In this document: positions 48,297 to 60,219 of the stretch, one piece after another
How the letters are laid out: the number at the start of each line of letters is the position of its first letter
How positions within the stretch are numbered: position 1 is the stretch's first letter
NCBI RefSeq assembly: GCF_018143015.1
Contig: NC_054742.1
Location: 58,348,853 to 58,412,852 of the forward strand
DNA: 64,000 nt
Reading direction: 5' to 3'
Origin: Lytechinus variegatus
Lineage: Eukaryota
Translations under genes and position numbers: made by a program
Notes under the pieces: generated by a model
Databases searched by the model: none
Told to the model about the DNA's origin: nothing
The model's input: only the letters and a program-made list of their open reading frames with translations

Positions 48297-51200
48297 ATAG
48301 TGGTAGTGATTATAGTTATAAGAATGGTTTTCAAATGGAAATTGTGACACAGTAATTCAATTAATGTAGGCCTATGACATGTTCCACGCTGTGACATATT
48401 TAGCCAAAAATATTGAGGGGGCACAACATGGTTTACGGGGCAAGATTTCTATAATGTCGTTTTCAATTCTTTAAAATGAAAAAGAAATTTAGTTTTGGAT
48501 AGATTTTGACATAGTATTCAGTTGATAGTATATTCTACCTATTTTCAATTTCACTGTCTTGAACTTACTCGTTAATTCTAGTTTTTAAAGGAGAATGTGT
48601 CACTTGTGAACAACTCTCCCCATTACTTTAGTATATATTTCACTTGAATTGCCCCTTTTCTATCACATCTATCCATAGATCATGTGTTCATTCTACATGA
48701 GGGCATGTAATACATATTTTTTAAGAATACATCTTGGATAAAGAGTTTGTATCATCATCAGAAAAAGTAAAAAGAGACATTTTGAGGGTATTTTATAGTC
48801 CACCAAAGGGAAAGTTGTTCATCAGTGACATCACACATCCTTGTCGCATTGCCAATGGGAGGATCTCCATAGCATTAGTGATTGCAATATTCAAATGCTC
48901 ATAACTTTCTCATTATTTGTCCGATATTTCTCAAACTTTCTTTATTCTTATTCTTTGATTTTTCTGTTTCTACACAAGCCTATTTGTTCCAAAGGTTTCA
49001 TTCCCCTTTAATGGTCGTACGTGGACCCTCATTTTTTTTTTTGGGGGGGGGGTGAGTCCAGTGCCCAAGCCCCGCCCCCCCCCCCATCTGTAGTGCATGG
49101 TTCCGTGTGAATTCAACCTGAATTTTAATTCCTACAAATCCTATCGGTCCAAGTGGTTGTACCATACATGTTCTTGCTGTAGCATTTCTTTTTCACGTTT
49201 TATAATTTCTCGGGACAACCACTGAAATGTATTAAAAGTGCATTAGGGGTGCGGTGTATTTAACGAGGTGATTAAGTGGATTTAAGAAGTACACTTTTAA
49301 GGTCAATTTCCAACAGCATCGAATATTCATGATATTCGCGCGTATCAGAGCTCTATTTACTATAAGCACAGGACTGCGACATGCCCACATTTATGTTTCA
49401 GCTTTCAAGGACAGAGGAATATTTCAAAACTCTTTGGCAAATTCCTCATGAGTATTTATAGATATATATTCCTTAGTATTATGACAGCTATTTAAAGTAG
49501 GAAATACGAAAGTCACTTTACGGAATGTCATGTGCTGATATAGACAGCTCGTCCCCCTTTCTCTCTTCCTAAGATGTTTGCAAGAGGCGTACTTTTGCAA
49601 CAAACTGTCAATTTTCAATTTCAGATATATGCAAATGATAAATTGATCTTTATGTGTAGCATATGAATTTATATCTCCTGGTGCAAGGAGCTGGTAAACA
49701 TTTGTACAAGAAATAAGATTAAATTTGGGACGTACATGGACTTGCACTCGAATTTCTTGAACACTTCTCATGTCGTGCGGATGTGATGTCGCTCTATATA
49801 CGCCTTACCAAACCATAGAGCGACAAGACAACCGAACCACCTGGGGAGGGTGCAGGGGCGCTGACACAGGGGGCGACCACCCCTACTATTTATTAAATAG
49901 TTGAGGGAAAACAAGTGGAGAAGCGGAAATAATGTAAGAAAAAAGGTGATTTAATGACCTTGCTATAATTATTGTTTATGACATTGTTATGATTGTATTT
50001 TTGCTTGGTTTATATTTTTTTCAAAATAACAAAAATGAAATGAAAGAAGAGTGTGAAGGTTAGAGGTATGAGTCGTATATCACCCCTGTTGATCTAGTGA
50101 TATAATATATGTCGTCACATTAAGGGTAGTCATTTCCACCCTGCCCCCCTCCCCATATATGTTTAAATGAAAAAAAATCATGGCTCTGCCCCTGAGAATT
50201 CCCCGATGTATATTTCACCTTTTAACAGAAACCCTTAAATTAATCCTAAAGGTACTCAAATAAGCCTCCTTTCATGCCTTGAGGTGACCATATTGGGGGT
50301 GTTGCACGTCATCCCACCCCTATCGGATGGTAAAACTGGAAAAATGAATAAGATTTAACCAAAATGTATGTAGTTATAATGTTTTTATATTAGTTTAGCG
50401 TGAATATTGAATTGATTATACACTTTGGGTCATCGCCAAGTAACATTGCCAAGTCAGATATGTTTCACTTTTGGACGCATTTGCAAATCTTTCCCCGCAA
50501 CTGTATTCAAGATTAGGAATCTAATTTGGGTGTGGTATGAATTTTCGTGGAAATGGTTAGTGATATAGGACTGCTAGTCCATTTTGATAATCTATCATAA
50601 AACCTGATTGTATATGTACACCTTATTCGGGTTCATGTTTTGTTTTACTCTATTGGCCTACCTCATCCTCAGACACATCAATATCCTTATTGATTCGTAA
50701 TATAAATATTATTCGAGCTATATACGGAAAAAATATGAATGCCACATTTTAGTGGGTTATACAAAGCTTTTGTCACTTTTTTTGTTTCTTGTCGAGCAGC
50801 GGATTCTATCACTATTATACAAATAGCCAATCCGGGAAAGTGTTGATTAGTTTATCCACCCCCCCCCCCTTGAATATAATGCATGGTTTCGCCCCTGTTT
50901 GTTTTCTCTTCAGAATTAATCAAAGGCACAAAGAGTAAAAAAAAAATAGATCAAAATAATGATAATGTCTTTCTTTGAATGATTTCTGAGAAACACTGTT
51001 CAATACATTTTTCTTGTTATTTTTATTAGCAAAAGGTTACAAAAAATGCGATTTCCGCGATTTCCCAAATGCAGGGATCAGCTTTCTTTCATATTATGAG
51101 GAAAAATCGAAATATTTCAGGTACTGAAATACATAAAAAAAAATGAAATGAGAGATGTCATCGGGTCTCATGGACATACCGACCAGGATAAAGCATAACT

Positions 51201-54200
51201 GTTTTGTAAAATTAAGGGAAACTTTCAAATATCGCAAGAAAACCATTTTATACCAGATTTTGTTTCAGCGTTGTTTGATTTTTCTCTTTTCATTTAAAAT
51301 CAAATGCGTATTGGTGGAACTTCCCCTTCAACGACACTGAGCTATGAAACATTTAAATGTGTCTTTTTGCATTGATAATTATTCCCCCCTACTCATTCCC
51401 TCCTACTCATTCCCTCTCCTTTAGGTATGCTGAATTAAGATTAAAGAAGGACGGATAACATTCCAGAAGGTGGTACACCTTTCGTTTCTTCTTGATGGTA
51501 CGAGCGGTTCAAAACAGTAGAATCGACACTAATGTCACGAACAATCTTCTGACAATGCCTCAAAATAGATTGACACTCCCCACATACCCGGTTATAGAAA
51601 ATAACATTGACTTCCGTAGGAGGGGGTAACTGGTGGAAGGGATTAAACACTTTAATTAGAGTACCTCTTCCGCGTTTTCCAACACATTTCAAAGTCAATA
51701 TTGTAGGGTAAACTGTGGACAAAACTGATTTTTTTTTAATAGTTTTTTAATGTTAATCTTGCTCTCGGCATATTCTCAAGTATAGGCATCTTTTTAACTG
51801 GAGGGAGTAGAATCATTTTGTCATTCATTTCTTGTAAATGTACCAAAGAAGTTCTTTTTATAATACATTTAACCCAATAATATAGCGTAATCAATATTGC
51901 CTTACCGCGATGCTTTCGACCACTCTCAATATTATGCATTTGTTACATTCCACCCCCTTCTGTCTCCCATTCTGAATATTCAGACCCCCGTCCTTTAACT
52001 TAGGCCTACCCCCCCCCCCCCTCCATCCATCCATCGCACTCATCCATGTCATCAGGCCTCCGTATTTGAAATTACCTTTACATTATTTTGTACTCTCTAA
52101 ATGCTTTAGCGGACCAATCCATTATTGGAATGAAAACCTCAATCAAGTATACATTCAAAGTTTATTCTTATTTTTCAGTCTATACTTTTGGATTGGGGAT
52201 AGGTCCCCAAATACCATCATTTCATACAATTATTTCGAGCTAAATTTAAAAGTTTTCTTTCTTTAAAAGAATATAGACCGGCATGGCTTGTACCGCTCGC
52301 TGCACGAACACTCAGTGACACTCAAATCTTTAAGCAACGGTGTAACTCTAAACGCGTTCTTTTAAAGGAGTTTTACAGATATACATACAGGTATACCTCG
52401 GCTTTACCTGGAAAGGGTTGAGGAATGAAGGCTTAATCGATGACTTAATCATATGGCCGGAAACGTGTATTGTGTGAACGGAAACTCCACAAGCAACTAA
52501 GACTACCATTTGTGTATCTATGCCTTTGTTAGACTGATACTAAACCAGCTACATGGGGACGAAGTGAATATAAACATGTCTGTATTGTCTACTAACATTA
52601 TAGATTTTAATCCATATACCCTATTTTGTACCCCTAGTTTCTATTCATATGTTTCATTCATCCGTTTTCATCTCATTTACGCAAAAAATCATGAACCGGG
52701 AACAGTCCACATCCATGACTTAAATGGGGTATTGAGTATACCAAGTCACGCGATGAATCTCGCCCACTGCGACAGTGTTCTAAAATATTGCTGGGCTTAA
52801 AATAACGGAATCAATACAACACGCCAAGTTCTTATTTGTTATTTTATTAATAAACTGTACTTCATTTTCATACATACAAAGATATATATATATCTACTTT
52901 TTGTAGATGATTTCTCACGAACCACATCCCAAATAGGCAAGTTGGCAGTCGCCCGAAAGAGTGCTACTCCACCGAGATAATCAGTAAAGTGATTTTGAAC
53001 AATGATTTTGTTTTTGCACAATAATTTTCATTTGAACAAATTTTGATACTAAACGATGGAAGTGTCAAAGCAGTTCAATTAGAGTCCAAAATCGTGTTTT
53101 GTCTGAGCAGTAAAGTGTGACAATGTAATTGCATGATTCAAAATGGGAAAAGGAAACTTGTATCATCATTATCTCCATAATTTGGACACGGCCTACCATG
53201 GAATAATAATGCTATCTTTAGACGAAGTAACTTCGGGGAGGGAGTCATCGTCCAATTTCCGTGGTATTCTCATCATTTTGTTCTTTGCTTATATCCTGCT
53301 CTCTTTTTCTTCAGGGTTGACGACAGGGTGGAGGTACACCGGTTCGTGTATAAATTGCGGGGGGGGGGCTTAGCGGGGTTCTGACCGCCACCCCCCCCCC
53401 AAAAAAAAAAAAACCCGAACAATAAAAATAGGATAGGAAAAGGTGTGAAATGAGATATTATTTCTTGAACATGTATATAAAAAATCTATGAAATAGTGTT
53501 CATTTTGATAAGACCACAAATTATTGTTTTCTCGCTCGCCCCCTTTTAAAAAAAAACCTCCACATACGCCATGATGCCCCCCCCCCCCCTATTTATTCAT
53601 TTTTTTGGGGGTGGGGGTTTATTGCGCCAATCGTGGAGTATCAACCTCTTTCAAAATAACACTTCTCTTAGTTCTTACTTTACAATACCAATTATAATAA
53701 ATTATACATACTACCACAAGCAAACAATAAATACTTTTGAAAACATATACCATTGAACATATTAATAAAAACAAACATGATAATTCTAATGGGAATAAAT
53801 GATATAGAAAGATACAAAATGTTTGTTCGTACCTGTAGTGCAAAAAGTAAGTCCCAAGTAGCTGATTAGGGATCATTAGGCCAAGGTTTATTATAGTCGT
53901 CGAACATAATTATGAGTATCGTGTATAAGGGTTATAATGTAGAAGGCATTACTCATCTCGTGAATTAACGTCCGTGTTTTCAACCTAATTGGTCTAATTA
54001 TTTGGTAATCGAAAAGAACAGAAAACACTTTAATAGTTAAGAATTCACCTTTCAAAGGCCAATTTGTTCCCGAACAAACAAAAAGAGATCCGTCAGCACT
54101 TCATAGTGAACCATTATTGTCTCGTGAAAAGCAGGCTATAGGATATGTGTATTACGTTATTGCATTTCCTGCAACAAAATGAGCGTCAAACTACTCGGAT

Positions 54201-55146
54201 TAAACTTCCTTAAGACCAAACTGTAATTATAACAATTTTATTTTTCATTTTCTACATTCATTAGAATTTAAATAATATATTCATCGCAGCATTTTATTTG
54301 AAACAATAAATTAACAGATACAAATTGACATGAAAATGTGAAAGGCTATAGATATCCAGGTAAGCATATGCCTCTGTTAAATCAAAGTTTAACATTACCA
54401 CCAAAGATTGATAATAAAAAATCAAACGATTTATTTTGGTAACAAGCAGAAATAAGCTCGAAAGTTATTTTTTAAACATTGTTTGAATTCAACAAGACAA
54501 GAGAACAAGATGAATTGCACATTTTGTTGTAATCAAACACATAAAGAGAGTTATCTGGGACACATCAAACTTTGAGGACCTTCTCAGGCAATTAAGAACA
54601 TGGGAATACTCCGGGCGTTCGAAAACACTTTTCTTGAGAACTCTGTCTCCGGGAGAAGTCCTGTTGGAACTTTATCAACAACCCACTGCCCTGGAATGAA
54701 ATGTAAGATGACCGTCAAGATTCAATAAGAGCGATTTCCCTCTAGGAATTGGCAACCAAACCAATGTCCTTTGATGTGACTGATAAAACAGTTCCCAGAT
54801 TGAACATCGGGCCGGGACGAGTTGATCTCTCCTTTCAAGCCATATTAGCCATTATCACTCATTTTCAATTCTTCATACATGGTGATTGCTTCCCTCAGCG
54901 TTCCTCATTTTTTCATCCAATGGCAGCGTATTTCTTATTCAATTATGGTGACATCTTCCTTGAGCGTTCCTTACTTTTCATTTAAGGACAACGTGTGTCT
55001 TTCCGTCTCTGATTCACGAGTAATCCAAAAAGGCCTCATAAGTTTCTTTTACATATACTAACAAGTCAAAATGTCTTCATTGACTCAATAAATAAACATG
55101 TCATATGTAAAAATCAGTTTTTATGCTGTTCTTTTATGATCTATCA

Positions 55147-55686
55147 TCATACAAATAAGACGGCGGCGTTGCCTTTGTCATGCACGCTATTATCTTCTTC
55201 TAATCCATCCACCTGAACTATTTGGTTGACATACGCTCCTGTCCCGCTGATGTCGTCACTTGAGGTGCGCGTATCGCTGGCGCCCTCCGCGTAGCCGCTT
55301 GCTTCAAAGTTCTGTTGCTCGTACGTGTACGCCGACTGCGCATTGTCCACAACCGGGTCTATCTCGGATAGATTGACAACCGACGACACAACCGACGTAT
55401 CCTGTGACGTATCCGCCGTCGATCTTCCATTGCGGTTGGCTGTCGCCCTCGGAGTCTTCCCCGTCTTCAAGCAGAAACAGATGAACCACGGTAGGAAGAC
55501 GAGCATGCCTAGGAACCCGATGATGACGAGGCTGATGGAAACCCAGATCTCACTGGAACCGCGGACCTTCGGATCGTGTTTGACTTTGACTAGGTATTCG
55601 GCGAGGAGGTAGATTCCTACGGATAAGACACCTATCAGCAGAAGAAGGATTGTTATTGCTGAGGCTACTGTATTCTCTTCGGACGA
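55147..55686 (-). CDS. MARCH-like terminal coding exon, with two predicted transmembrane helices and a Ser/Thr/Asp-rich tail. The stop codon is at 55149-55147.
   Basis: Reads SSEENTVASAITILLLLIGVLSVGIYLLAEYLVKVKHDPKVRGSSEIWVSISLVIIGFLGMLVFLPWFICFCLKTGKTPRA...GNAAVLFV*. The acceptor is cgcttacag| on the minus strand. Two hydrophobic segments follow a RING-CH, which is typical of MARCH1/8 and MARCH2/3 topology. It enters at phase 0, so it joins exon 2 directly, though an intervening exon cannot be excluded. Confidence 0.7.
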   Translation of the reverse strand, partial: SSEENTVASAITILLLLIGVLSVGIYLLAEYLVKVKHDPKVRGSSEIWVSISLVIIGFLGMLVFLPWFICFCLKTGKTPRATANRNGRSTADTSQDTSVVSSVVNLSEIDPVVDNAQSAYTYEQQNFEASGYAEGASDTRTSSDDISGTGAYVNQIVQVDGLEEDNSVHDKGNAAVLFV

Positions 55687-58600
55687 CTGTAAGCGAAAGG
55701 AGACAGAATAAAGAGAAAATAAAGAAGTGAAACTTTTAACACATCTATATGCATTTTAAATTTTAATTTAACGCTAGATAGCCAATTGAATTCGTCAAAT
55801 TCAAACATGAATTCGACATTTTGCTCGCATTACCCCACATCTTGCCAAATTGTCAATTCATGCAAGGTCATTAATAAATTCGTATACATTTTTGGCTCAG
55901 ATTTAGCACTGTCCATTTCAAAAGTACAAACGCCCTTAAATTGCGCTTTGATCTCGTACTCTCTATTGGATAGGAAATCGAAAATTTCTCCAAGGCGATA
56001 TACGAAATCACAATTTCCGACCCTTTTTTTCGTTTGGGAAGGCAAAGAACTTTTCGGTCTTTCCCAAGATGATGCCATAATGGATCTAACCCTATTTCCG
56101 TCCGCACTGGATAGACGTTCTCGGCCATGTATGAGCTCTTAATCATCACTCAAAAACGTTACCCTTGAGGATTTCCAGCACTCAACATCGCACTAACTGC
56201 TTTCAATTTTAGAAGGTAACAATAAGGGAGAAAATGGATAAATTTAGCTTAAACCGAAACATTGTCATCATCTCGAAGTAATATGAATTGTCATGGAAAA
56301 CTAGCCTGTCACGCGATGTTTCCGCTTGGTGTATGATATCCCGATCATCTTCAACAAGTCATCTTTCGCATCGTTGCATTGGTTAAATGACTAATCAATT
56401 ATCAACCAACAATTTGCGGGATTCTTCTTTTTTCTAAAGACACGGACCAGCGGAAGAGGTCCAATTTGATCGGATTGACACGATGTATGGACGATTAACA
56501 TTTCAAGATTTAAGATCTGAAGATCAATCTCATGGGGCTGTCACATCTGAACGTTTTAGCCTGCGTATAGGCTATGGCAAGCTGTTTTCTTAATCCTATG
56601 TTTTTTATACAAAAAAACCCTGCATTTTGTTTGAAAACACAAATGATTCTTCATACAAAGAATTAATCCGAATTCTCTTTTTTGCGTTATTAACAAATTT
56701 CAATTCTTGATATCAGTAAACGTGATAAGAAAGAAAGCAGCTGGTCACTAGTACAGTATACGCCCGGGAGTATACGTCGGTATACGCTGGCTATGCAGGT
56801 GTGACGACAGCCCCTTAACGAGAATGTATATGTTTTGTTAACTTTTTTTGTGACAAAGTATAACTACTGCGTGCGTGATCTGTATATTGATATCATAAAA
56901 CGAATTACCGGAATCAACGATAAAGAATCTATACAAAAGTTAAAGTTTTGAGACATTTTCTTCAGTTGGCATGACTACTTTTAAGAGCTGTATTTTATTA
57001 CAACTTCAAACCGATGGCAAACCATGAAATAAGTGACGCTTTCTTCTAACAAAGTGTTGTGAACATGATTTAAGTCGACAGCAATCAAGACAATGGAAAG
57101 AAAACATCAGGCATAAACACGAGACATCACATGTCATGTCCGATAGAAGGCAAATCCTATAGCGATCGAAAGTGATCATTATATCCTTGAAGAATAGCTG
57201 AAAAGTTTTGTTGCCAGTCAGGCTACTATATTGGTTCCGCGTTGAACTGCATGTTCTATTTACCTCACAAAATCACCAGTCTACGATATTTTCAAGTCCA
57301 GAAAAGTAAAACATTTTTTCGCGGGTCAAATATTTCGGATCTTCATATTTTCCAATGTTATAGCAAAACACAACACAACACGAATTGTAAGAAAAATAAA
57401 AATAAATAGTAATAATATTCGAAAGACTTAAGCTTGATCCCCAAACACCTATCAGCCTATAGACCCCGTAACCCATAGATCAATGTGAAATGGTAATGAC
57501 CGATCAAGGCAATATTATTGCATGCGCGGTTTGTTCAAAAGACTGACTAGTAACCAATCATATTTTGTTTTTCCAAATTCCGATTATATTGCGAACATTG
57601 AGTTTTACGGGGACCCTTGTTGTAAATTTCTCCCTTGAATATTACCATCTTTCTCACCGTTTACCACTGATGCAAGTGTATTTAAAACGGATAACAAGCT
57701 TTTTAGACCATGATGCTAAAATTGGAAAATGACGCTGCTTGAATTAATGGTTGTCTCAAGAACAAAAGGGTGTGATCAACAGCTGTTGTGTCAAGGATAG
57801 CCAACGAACAGGCCCATTTTCCTTCCCTTTCTTTTATTTTTACCATTTTTCCCCTTTTCGGCATGACTAAGTTGAGACTCATTCCACAACGTCTGGCGCA
57901 CCTCGACAAACTGAGGCAATTTTCACATTTCTTGTATATCTGATGATTAAGAAGTATTTAATGAAATCAAGTTGATTAGGTTAAGATGTTCATGAAACAT
58001 TTCCTCTGCATGCGAAGGAACCGTTCTTTTATAAGAAATATCTTAACAAATTTCGTCAACACGCGCTAACGATCGACGGGCCTGTTGGGGTTTTGAGTGA
58101 AAATGGTCGGCGTTTCTTAAGTCAATTATAACGTAACCTTGGTTAAAGGGAGCCTGTCATATGAATTCATCTAAACGGAGCAGTCACACATAAGAAACGT
58201 AATATATCATTAGTTTCGGCAATGTGACTGATGCCTAAAATAAGGTTTGAAAACAACCGGTGTCATGCGACTATTTGATATTGTTTTCACGCTTTCTGCT
58301 GGTAAGTAACCGTTCCGGGGTAGACGCATGTCCTTTAATTACCAACCGCTTAATGTTCGTTACCATGACAACGATGGATAGTCACTTGCTCTAGTGGGGA
58401 TATGGCGGCAATGATAGAACACTTTTTGACGTGCATGTGGCTGAGCATTACAAGAGCTTCTCCAAATTTAAGTCCACCTTTTGTTTTATCATCATGTGCC
58501 ATAATAGTTTACGTAAATCATTTCAATTAAAATTGACAAGCTATCTCTCGACAGACCGATTGGTATAAATCCATGGTCATAACGTTGGGTGCAATTATCA

Positions 58601-58867
58601 ACCTTAAATGAGGGTGTTTGTTGTGTGTTTTTTTATGACATCCTTGCACCCGTTTCACAAAACTTGTTTTTATAACAAATTTATAATAACAACGTAGAGC
58701 TACTGAAATCCATCACTTTGATTGGCTGATAGTAGTAATTGTCCATTTGTTATTCTAAGAAGTCTTAATGAACTGAGACCCAGCTAGGTTTGGACAAAAC
58801 GGATGTCCGATTATTCCTTCCATGAACTTCAGCGCCTGGGCATGGAGTGTGTTTTCAAGAATAACAA

Positions 58868-58945
58868 GGGTCATGTGGTCTAGTGGTTAGAGCATTGGAC
58901 TCACGACTGTGAGGTTGTGAGTTCGAATTCCCACTCAACCACTAT
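58868..58945 (+). mobile_element. tRNA-derived SINE-like element. It has a tRNA-like head with an A-box-like GGTCTAGTGGTTAGAGC and a B-box-like GAGTTCGAATTCCCAC. It is not a functional tRNA.
   Basis: The sequence is GGTCATGTGGTCTAGTGGTTAGAGCATTGGACTCACGACTGTGAGGTTGTGAGTTCGAATTCCCACTCAACC. The acceptor stem does not pair (5' GGTCATG against 3' ...CTCAACC). The T-loop has a 10-nt loop. The anticodon arm is aberrant. It lies in MARCH intron 2. A truncated homologous B-box copy sits on the minus strand at about 47757-47830. Confidence 0.45.
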
Positions 58946-59156
58946 CTCCACTTTAACCCCCAAAGTCCCGAGACTGATTCCTGACGTCTCTGTAAGGTCA
59001 ACCACTATGACTGATTAACTTTAACGTGAAATGTTTCCTCTGTCATGTCTGTAATTAGCTACACCAGCTTGGCATTAATGCTGCGGAATTAAAGATGCGC
59101 TGCCAAGTTCCGATGGGGGGGGTTATACTTCAACACAAATAGAAACAGACACTTAC

Positions 59157-59311
59157 TGTCATTTTGAATTTGACGTATTTCTTCTGGTATGACTTGTTGC
59201 AGATCTCGCATGTGGAGGCTCCTTTTAACCTTGTCCATTTCTGCAGACATTGTTTGTGGATATACTGAGCAGAGCCGGTGCAGCCGCACGGTGTTATGAG
59301 CTTCTTGTTAC
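59157..59311 (-). CDS. MARCH-like coding exon 2, completing the RING-CH (C4HC3) domain.
   Basis: Reads GNKKLITPCGCTGSAQYIHKQCLQKWTRLKGASTCEICNKSYQKKYVKFKMT. This is the classic MARCH RING-CH (LI.PC.CTGS...VH..CL..W.......CE.C...F). The acceptor is ttctgcag| on the minus strand. The donor GTAAGT is on the minus strand at 59156-59151. Phases are 1 in and 0 out. Confidence 0.85.
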
Positions 59312-60032
59312 CTGCAGAAGGTCATCGTGAGATCATAACAGACATTATAATTTTAATCAATAAGGGATAAACTACATGAATTAGAGGTCTGTTTCATAAA
59401 GACATTGACGTTATTTTGCCATGTAACTACCATGGAAACTTTGATTTCGATTGGCTGCTGAGCCAAGTTACTATGGTCACAGCATGGACCTACTCATGTA
59501 CTATACGTTCATAGCCATTATTTTTAAGTTTGTAACATTTTATGAAAAGACACACAGATCTGTTGTGATTGCACGCCGCCCTATAAGATCATTCCCTATG
59601 ATCATTTTTATGGACGATAATCTCTTAACAATGTTTAAGATGAAGGAAAAATAATAGTCTAGAAAAATTCCTGTGATACAAAGACTGGAAAAGTTCTGGA
59701 CATTAAGAGAAACAGAAAGAAGAGGAGCATGTCTTTGATGACGAAACTATACATTCCACTTACAGAAGATGTAATAACTTCTTATGGTAAAAAGTTATGA
59801 TATATTTAAATGGCTATAAACAGATAGGTGGGTAAGCAAGCTTAAAACCGTATACCAGATGGTTGGTCATTCCGGGGCATCCCCCCCCCCTCCGACTTTT
59901 TTCTTATTGAATATTTGTAAACGCCTAATGCCCTCCGTTTCAGAATTATCCATTGGAATCAGTCAACCTATTTAAAAATCACGAAAACTTGACAATACAA
60001 CATTACAAATTCAAAAACAAAATCATCCTAAC

Positions 60033-60219
60033 CTGAAACATCTGTGACGTCATGGCATATTCTACATACGGGTCCGTCAAAGGAGTAGGCCGAGAAAGTG
60101 GGCGACTTTGGCTCGGGATCTGTCGTCTTGGCCCCGCCAATTGGCGAAGTTCCGCTCCCCGAGATTGAATACACAGGCAGGCGATTCGTGTTGTCGTGAA
60201 GACTGGTTGGCGGCATCAT
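60033..60219 (-). CDS. MARCH-family RING-CH E3 ubiquitin ligase, coding exon 1, on the minus strand. ATG at 60219-60217.
   Basis: The minus-strand translation is MMPPTSLHDNTNRLPVYSISGSGTSPIGGAKTTDPEPKSPTFSAYSFDGPVCRICHDVTDVS. It ends in the RING-CH signature CRICH. The donor GTTAGG is read as AC on the + strand at 60031-60032. The outgoing phase is 1. Confidence 0.7.

Noticed and set aside
48104-48424. The - strand ORF with a poly-His run.
   Set aside because: It is a translation of the (GAT)n microsatellite.
58868-58945. A functional tRNA gene.
   Set aside because: The acceptor stem cannot pair, the anticodon arm is non-canonical and the T-loop has 10 nt. A related fragment is found elsewhere. 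I interpret it as a SINE head.
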